Positions 55,775 through 64,000 of a DNA stretch of 64,000 bases are shown here, one piece after another (within the stretch, counting starts at the first letter, position 1; each line of letters opens with the position of its first letter). The position numbers and the translations under genes were made by a program. Origin of the DNA: the human T2T-CHM13v2.0 reference genome, Homo sapiens; assembly GCF_009914755.1 (NCBI RefSeq), contig NC_060938.1, one strand, 5' to 3'. The notes beneath the pieces were generated by a model. It made no database searches, was not told the DNA's origin, and saw only the letters and a program-made list of their open reading frames with translations.

Positions 55775-55932
55775 GTCTCTCAAAGTTTCCAGTATCTGAG
55801 AATCACCTGGAGGGTTTGAAAAATCCCAAGGCGCAGGCAGCACCCCTGACCAGTTACACTGGGAACAAACATCGGAATAGTCTTTCAGACTCCCCAGGTG
55901 ATTCCAATGGGCAGCCAGGGCCGAGAACCAGT
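55775..55932. mobile_element. MER5-like hAT-Charlie element
   Basis: tctcaaagtt...gaatcacctggaggg...ctccccaggtgattccaatgggcagccagggccgagaaccagtg. Confidence 0.7.
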
Positions 55933-58900
55933 GAGCTGGAGCCCTTTCCCCCTGCTGGGCTGGAGCCCCACCCCTCCCATCCCTTACACCTTCATTCATG
56001 CCCTCCCCATTCATGCGAATCCCACTCACATTCCTCTACCTGGGACCTGGCCACACACCAAACTAGAAAACAGAAACCCAGATGGGCGTCTAAGGGCCCG
56101 TCCTTAGGAGAGAAGGAAGCCCACATGCTCAGAAAGCAACAAGTGAGTGTCAGGTTCCAAAAAAATATCTTAGGAGAAAGCACTGCAGCAGAAGGGAGGC
56201 TGGAACCGGCTTGCAGAGTCGGGAAGCAGGCTCTCCTGCCAAGCACCCGAGGCCCGGTCAGACTTCCATTTCTCTGTAGATTTCCCCCACACTCATCAAC
56301 TCCCCACTGTCCTTTTCTGTTTGTTGATTTTATTTTCACTCCCAGAAAAATGAAAGAAAGAAAATTCTCCAGACTCCAAAAGCATTTCTTGGAAGATATC
56401 AAACCACACTTTCAATGGACTGTATGTTTTTATATTTCTTTAGCAGCCGATAGATTTCTCTTGGGTTTTTTTTTGTGGGGGAGGGAGTAGGGAGCCTAGG
56501 ACCCAAATATTTGGAAGCTAATAAATGCCTCAAAAAGCAGCAACCTCCTCAAGGGAAAATTGGAAGACTCGGCAGCCGAAAAGTGTCATAAATAAAGAGA
56601 AGTGGACAGTGTGGAGGTTTCATATTCCCCTCGGGGTCTGAGCAAATTCGGGCTGGAATTTTTCGAGAGCAAATGTCAGTAGTCGTAGAGAAGACACGAG
56701 TGGCGGGGTCTTCAGGGAAGCCAGAGGGCAGCCAAAGGTCTGAAACCCGAGGAGGCAGGTAAATTTTAAGTTGTATGGTATTTAGGGAAGGATAATGAAA
56801 ACCACAGAGGAACGGCGAGAAGGAATGGGAGGGAGGAAAATACATTCCGTGGCAGTGAAGTTATTGAAGTGCCAGAGCCAAAGAACAGATAATTTAAGGA
56901 AAAAATTCTGTGGCATCTCCCATCCTACACATAAATCACTGTTCTCTATTTTCTGAACACGAGCCTATGCAGGGCCTAGGAGAGTCCATGTGTGAAACTG
57001 AATACAGAATATACGACGATGTAAGACGTACAACGCGCACGTATGAACTATGTGTGAATAGGTAGCGACGTAGGTATCGCTGAGAAGAGAAACTACAATT
57101 TGAGATCCCACCTGTGGTTACAGAAAAGCAGACAGAGCCCTCGATGAATTAAATGCAGAATGCATCAGAAATGTGGCAGTACAGAAACGCCCCGCAGACG
57201 AGGAAATCCTAAATCTGTTGTCTGCATCTCTCTAACAAAAAGAACCTACAAGGTAAAGAAACAGTCCTCACAAAGCCGGTCCCAGAAACCATTAATTACA
57301 CTTTAGAAAGAAATAGGAGTTTACTTAAAAATGGGTTTGAAGACAATGCCACGTAATTAATTTACCAATTTATTTATGAAAAGATGCTTTGCTATGGTTA
57401 AAATGTAATCACAACCTTCCCACCGAACAGAGGTTCTAGGGAAGACTGGATTCCTGTGAACGGTTTGTCAGAATGTAAAAGGTAATTATTTGGTGCCTCT
57501 TTTTCCCTTTAATGATCTAACATTGAGCAATACTGTTTATATTGAAAAGCTCGCACCTTTAATTACCAATTACATATACATAATTTCAGAGCCAAAGGAG
57601 AGCACTGTAAAAACAGTTCTTTAGAAATATAAGGATGTATTGTGCGCCATTTTTACAGAAGGTGCTCTAATAAATGGGAGGAGGATGTCAAAATATTGTT
57701 TTGTTAAAAAATAGAGAGAGAGGCACAAAAGAAATGAGCTGAAAAGCAAAAAAGGACATAATGAAATTGAGAATTCAAAGGAAACAGGGGCGAGGTGCGG
57801 TACCTGGTACTATTTTAAATACCACCCTGTCCAGGCCTGGCAAACTCCTGCATCAGTGGAAGATTTGATAAAAACGTACAACGACAAATCCACATGGCCA
57901 GCTGGACCGTCCTTTCTGAGGGCGAAGAGGTCTTCTTGGTTTTTTTAATTTAACCTTCGGTTTACTTTTTTGTTTGCTTTTTTATTAACTTTTTCAGCCT
58001 CGTCCGCCCTCCTGAGTAGGAGTTCTAGCAAGCCTAAATATCTCCTCTCTGCTAGGAGGTTTTCAACTACATAATTTCAAACTCATTTTCTAATTCAAAA
58101 GAAACACAGATGAATTTAAAAATTAGCAGAGGTCACACGTGCCTGTTCGCAAGCACCCCTCCTCCTCAGCTTCGTCTTTTGCCAAGACTATGTACCAGCA
58201 CTTTTTCCTTTCTCTCCTCTTTTTTTTATTTTTTTATTTTTGGTAACATCTGGTATTCTTTCCTTTTTTTGGCAGTCTCTGCCTTTTCACTTTCCTCATG
58301 CAGCAGCCCTGCGAGCCCCCGTAATTGAGTTTGAAGGTGTCCAAAGCCATTTGCTGTGCTGCAGCTCTGATTTCTGCGTCAAGTCCTAACAGCCAACCAA
58401 CCTGGGAGCCAGGCCCTGTTGGCGTCCCCGAGACAGCCCCGGGATTATCCAGGCCTCCAGGGCTCAGTTCTGAGCTGGGATCTCCACGTCCCAGACCAGA
58501 GATCCAACTCACTGCCTCTAAGGGAGTCTGGGAGGAAAAGAAACAAACAAAAAATATCTCCTTCCCCTCCCACTTTCAGCGTTGAAAGTTAAACCCCTGA
58601 GATGACAGGGTGTTCACCCGATTCCAAAGAACGGGGTTTCCTCTCCCCACCACCCAGGCTGTGGCGCTGTGCCTTGGCCTGCTGTGTGCGACACTTCCCA
58701 GGAAGGTAGCAAGGTCACCCTCAACATCAGGCAGCAGAGTCACCCCCAGCCCCAAATTTCTGGGTCAGAGTAAGTGGACCAAGTGGGCCTGAAAGCTCAC
58801 GTTCAAGGCCTTTGTAGACACCCCCGAAGACTGTGGTTTCACTTCCGCTGGCAGGCAGATACCAAGCTAGGCGTGTAGGGTGCCTGCATATGTGTGCATG

Positions 58901-61269
58901 TGTCCCTCCTTAGAACTGTATCGATAATGGAAGAAATAAAAGGAGAAAGCCAAGCCCTGGGAAGGGCAAAGTGACACCCCTCTTTCTCTGCCCTATGGAC
59001 ACCTGAGTCTCCCGGCTCTGCACAGCCTCAGAGAGCCAGGCCTCTGTTCTAACAGGCAGAGTGGTCCAACCTGCCACCCAGAGACGAAAAAGCACCAGGA
59101 AAAAGACCAATGAAAACAGTCTTTCAAATTCCCAGACCCTACAGGCCAGCCCCTCATGCAGCCTTGTCCAGCAAACTCGGGCCTTAAAAAAATAAAGCCA
59201 AGATGAGGTTTTCCTCTGAGATGATCTCTGCTTTCATGAAAAGCTCCCCAAGTGTCGGGCAGCCCTGCAGAATATTGCTGCTCTCAATATATTATGAGCC
59301 GAATAAAGTAGAGCAATTGCTGAAATGTTTGACTCATTAAGAGGAAAAATGAATGGATGCAGCAGACAACTTGTTCGAAAGGCAGATATCAGAGGGCTGA
59401 GGCGGATTCTGAAATGCTAAATCCTAAAGTGCAGGGACAAATCTGTATTTACACACACACACACACAAACACACGAGTTAGATTTTCTTTTACAACAAAA
59501 CCACATTTTATTTACAAGGCCAGGCCTCCTCCCAGCTGGTAAATGCATTTAGAAGCAATCACAAATAATAATGGACATCGTTGTTAAGTGAAAGGGGAAG
59601 CACTTGATCCCAAGACAAACTTCCCCATGCCTCGGCTTTGCTGGGAAGGAATTTGAGTCAGAAGAAAGAAATGGAAAGACATCGTTAACACAGGCCCAGC
59701 CAAGCAGCCAACAAGCCCCCAGCAGCTGCAAGCTTTCAGCAGGGCCTTACCTGGCCAGTGACTCCCCCACACACAGGGTGCCAAGGACCCCGCCCTCCCT
59801 GGCCCATCTCTAACAACTGCCCATGCACCTGCCCTTAGGGGAACTCCAGCCGAGAGGTCTGCTGCCTGCTGTCCCCAGAGCACAGGCATGTGCGTGGCTG
59901 CCTGCACACACACATGTGCATTGCTACATACACAGTACGTGGGCTGCTGCTCCTCCTTACCCTGCATTAATTCAAATCCAACTCTCTTATCTTTAATGGC
60001 TAAGCTACAGTCCAGGAGAAACATACACAGAATTATTGTTTCAGTGATGACGGGGGTGGGAAAGGGAAGGATGTGGGGGGATGGGTCCCAGGCTCTTAAA
60101 ATCGTGTGCCACCAACGTCACAACCGCCATCATGATGTGTACGCATGTTTACAAGAAATGTTCAGCATCCATCCGCCCGAGCTCTGCATCCGACTGGAGA
60201 CTTTACACCTGCTTCCTACGAAGAGGGAGCTCTTGCCAGCGAGCCCATGCTTACCCATAATCTACGAAGAGATCTTTTCATCTCCTCTCCGTGAACACTT
60301 GGGGAGGGGCTGGGACTCCAGGCGACACGGAAACGCCACCACACGCACACTCGACGGAGCACAACACTTTCTGAGCTGCCATCCATTTTTAATTTATTGG
60401 ATCCAAGAGAAAATAACAACCGTAGGGAGGGGGGAGGAGAAGGGTGGAGGGGGAGAGAGCAGGAATCAATTCTTGGTGGAGAAAATAATCTATGACTAGA
60501 TGACGCTTAAAGGCACGACAAGAGATTTTATGAAGTTCCCCTAACGGAGGGAATAATGAAGTGCCTGGCAGAGAAGGAAATGGAGATAAGAGGGAGGCTG
60601 GTGTCAGGAGGATGTCCACAGGGGGTCTCGAAGGGTTATTAGGACACAAGTTGGGGGTGGGGACCCTGGGAAGGCACAGCCAGGCGGAGTCTGAAGCAGG
60701 AAGCAAGACCCAGATCACACCTCTCTGTCCTGACCCTCGACCCTCTCAGCAGACAGTCAGAGGAGTCCAGCCTGCTCCAGGTCAGCTCTGCACCCTCCTG
60801 ACACCCTCCAAAGGCTGCCTCCCTGGAGGGACAGATACATACCACAGCCACCACCCCATGAGGTCCTGTCTGCCCCTCCTCAGCTGAGGCACACACCTCG
60901 ATCGCCGTTTCTGACATGTGAGAGGGAGAGCAAGGGAAGGCGGCCGGTGCAAAACATGCTTCCCAGTGTGGGCTTCCCAGGAAAATGACCAGGGTCCCGC
61001 TGACTCCGCCAGCAGCGGAAACTTTGGGCCTGGCCTGCAGGCCAGGAGGTGGAAACTCCAGATCCGTGAAGAGGTTTTAGATGCAGGAAGAGGCTCACTC
61101 CCATACCTTCTGGTCTACAGACTCCAGGCGGGAAAGTCGAATGTTTGGGGAGGGTCTCCCTGTGTACAGATTGTTTGCAGGACTCCAGCCTAATTTTGGG
61201 ATGCTTAAGCAGCTCCCTGAAAAATATCCTCAGTTGCTCTATGGAGTCCAACCGCCTTCTCTCCCCCAC

Positions 61270-61424
61270 TGCACACACCTCTCCAGAACCCCAAAAACTG
61301 AGCCCAGGAGTCTGGGTCTCCCCAGCACAAGAGCAGAAAAAAGAATAATGCACACACCTCTCCAGAACCCCAAAAACTGAGCCCAGGAGCCTGGGTCTCC
61401 CCAGCACAAGAGCAGAAAAAAGAA
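61270..61424. repeat. 79-bp tandem duplication, 2 copies
   Basis: tgcacacacctctccagaaccccaaaaactgagcccaggag(t/c)ctgggtctccccagcacaagagcagaaaaaagaa at 61270 and 61349. Confidence 0.95.
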
Positions 61425-62602
61425 CAAGTGAATAAGGAAAACATACTCAGGTATATTCACAGGTCTCAGCCATTACTAAAAGGTTACAAATAAAAGTCTT
61501 GACAAATAAAATAGGCGCTTTAAAGAAAAAGAAAAGGAAAAGATTTACCACAATAGCAATCCTTCTCAACACATTTAGCAGGTTCTATAAAACTGCAAAT
61601 GCCTTCAATCTTCAGAGCCACAACGGGCTCCTAACGATGTGATAAAAAAGCACTCTTTGTGGGCAAATGAAGAGATTTGTTTTTATTTAACATTATGCTT
61701 TTTTCAAAGGTGCGGAAGAAAAGAAGGGCTTCCACACAGGACACTGGACCTCAAGGCTTTAGCTGGAGGAGTTTGGATTATCTGAGGCCAACAGCAAATA
61801 GCAAGGGCAGGAGTGCTTTCGACATCTCTTTTCCAAGGTAGGAATTTAAACATGACACCGCCCCCCCCCTTTTTTTTAATTCTTAGCAGTGCATCCATTT
61901 CTGAGGCACATGTTAATCACAATAATATTGGCACTCAACTTTTCTTGAGTCATTTCTGCGTGTTGTTTTAGTAGAAAACTCATTAGAACATTTCACAAAT
62001 GTATTTATTTGTATTTCAATAAAATAAGTGGAAGGGGGCCATAAAAAAGAAGTTATGTAAAAGAGAGGATTTTTTTTTTTCTTTTTTTACTTTGAAGTGA
62101 CTTAATTTTGTGTGGTCTGGGATTTCATTACAGTAAAATAGCTCAGGCTGGCTATTCAACACCCAAGCAAATTATCAGCTGCCACAAGAAAAAGAAAAAA
62201 GAATGAATTTCTTGATTTTCAGCAACTGCACAAAAGACTAGCATATGTCAAAATGCTGGACCAACATCCCGTGAATGTGGCACCATTCATCAAGCCTCCA
62301 TCTAGTGTCACTTTTGCCAGCAAAAAACAAGGCTGCTCTGCTCACCCTCCTCACTGGCTTGTGCAGAAGACGCAAGAAATGTGTCCTTCTCTTTCCACGC
62401 GTCTCCAAATAGCCTGCTCTCGGCACTTTTTACCCACGCCCTGGGAAACATACTTGCTCAAGGGAGGCAGTCAGCACACGGCGTTTCTTGGGGAGGGATG
62501 GAGCAACAGGGGGACCGAGCCTGAGCACATCTCCCTGACATTTGGCTCCCTGGGACCGGAAGGAAGCTGAGTGGGATCAGGGAGTAGGGACAGGACAGAG
62601 CA

Positions 62603-62688
62603 CACAGGACCTCAGGCCAAATGGCCTGAGTCAAAAGAGTGCCGCACAGGACCTCAGGCCAAATGGCCTGAGTCAAAAGAGTGCCGCA
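62603..62688. repeat. 42-bp perfect tandem duplication, 2 copies
   Basis: cacaggacctcaggccaaatggcctgagtcaaaagagtgccg at 62603 and 62645. Confidence 0.95.
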
Positions 62689-64000
62689 AAGTGACAAAGC
62701 ATACTCACGGCAGCTGGATGACACAGACATTCATTCCTAGTGTCTTCTGTACCCTTCCCCATTAATAAATACAAAAGTGTATCTACAGCTAACACCGTCT
62801 TCAGAGAAAGATGCTCAGCCGGTATCAATAACTCAACCATGTGGTGCAGGGTACAGTCCCCAAAGACCATTTACTTTCTCCTTGTCCTCCCCAGATGTGA
62901 AGCCAACATTAACCTCGAGGCCAAAGTCTTTGGAGAGTTTCAGCTAAAGGTGAGGCCTAACCAGGCAGCCAGAAGGTCCATCCTTAAGCCATGGGAGATG
63001 AAGGAGAGTCTCCAACGGACAAGAACCTGACCCCCTCCCATTCCCTCCCCCATATATTTTTTCCTGCATTGTCTTATCTATGATCTGTGTTTAGTTACAG
63101 CTTGTGAAACTCCCCTGAGTTCTAAGGCAAAGGATTGGAGATTGCTAAACTGATTTTTAACGGTTTTCTGCAGCTCAGAGACCACCGTCCGGCCCAAGAC
63201 TTCGAGGTCACCGTGCCTCTTCATCTCTGAGTGGTCCAGTGAGCTCGCTGCCACTACATGCTTACAACTGGCTCGATTCAAACATTAAATGAAGTAGAGA
63301 AATCATCAGATAAATTGCTGGCCCTGTGTACTGGAGAGTGAAGGCTCTTTCTCCAGCTGACGACAGCGCTAGGCTTTTGTCTGACCTAATTTATTTCTCT
63401 TTCAGGTTAGAATAAAGCACTCTTTCCTGTCGCAGGGTAACCTCTTCTGCTCATATATTGAACTCTAGCATAAGACTCAGGGTGCAGTCTGCAGATTTCT
63501 TCAACTTGGGAAAGAAGACATTATAAATCTAGAAATCCTATGATCAAAAGCACATATATTCCCCATCACTAGATTACATGTTTAGGGGAGAAATCCTCTC
63601 ATTAAAAGCCATCCATAAAGGACAACTGTTTGGGGTGAAAGATGTGATCAACACTGGCTCTAGCAATCACATACTCTTTCCAAACAAAGTTTTACATGTT
63701 ATTTGAGTCGGCATTTTAAATCTTTGGGGAACGGTGCTATTTCCCTTAGTTCAGTGGGAACATTACCTAATAAATGGAATTGAGAATCCAAGTGTCATAA
63801 AATTTGAGCTAAAAGGATTTCCATTCATCAAGCTGTTTTAGGTACACGACTCCCAAAAGCAGCAACTCTCGACTGTTCCCTGGGTCTGTGACATGCAAGA
63901 CAGAAATGAGCAGTACGCCTTCCCCAGACCTCCCCAGCCCGATCACCAGCGCCTTAATAACGCAGCAGAATTTTCAGAACGTCAAGACCACGGACGAATC

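Noticed and set aside
55768-56490. 240-aa plus-strand ORF
   Set aside because: Begins in a MER5-like repeat and shows no recognisable homology or exon structure.

Overview
Primate (most likely human) genomic DNA lying entirely inside BCL11B (CTIP2), which is transcribed on the minus strand. From right to left the window holds the distal part of intron 1 (55411-64000), coding exon 2 (55042-55410, 369 nt, containing the N-terminal C2HC zinc finger), intron 2 (29148-55041, with an intragenic CpG island at ~43070-44700), the cassette coding exon 3 (28935-29147, 213 nt) and the first ~29 kb of intron 3. Exon 1 and exon 4 lie outside the window. The rest is intronic: Alu, L1, MIR/L2, MER and MLT repeats (dense on the left, sparse on the right), simple and tandem repeats, a probable retroposed 3'UTR fragment, and AT-rich, motif-dense blocks that look like regulatory elements. 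Nearly all ORFs in the supplied track are spurious. I see no new gene system. The best leads are inferences about alternative RNA processing of BCL11B (a candidate short terminal exon, an exon-2 circle with a stop-free frame, an in-frame CpG-island first exon, intronic polyA signals), a cryptic RAG 12-RSS in intron 3, a nested inverted Alu pair and a possible antisense exon. Repeat subfamily calls and repeat boundaries were made by eye and are approximate.
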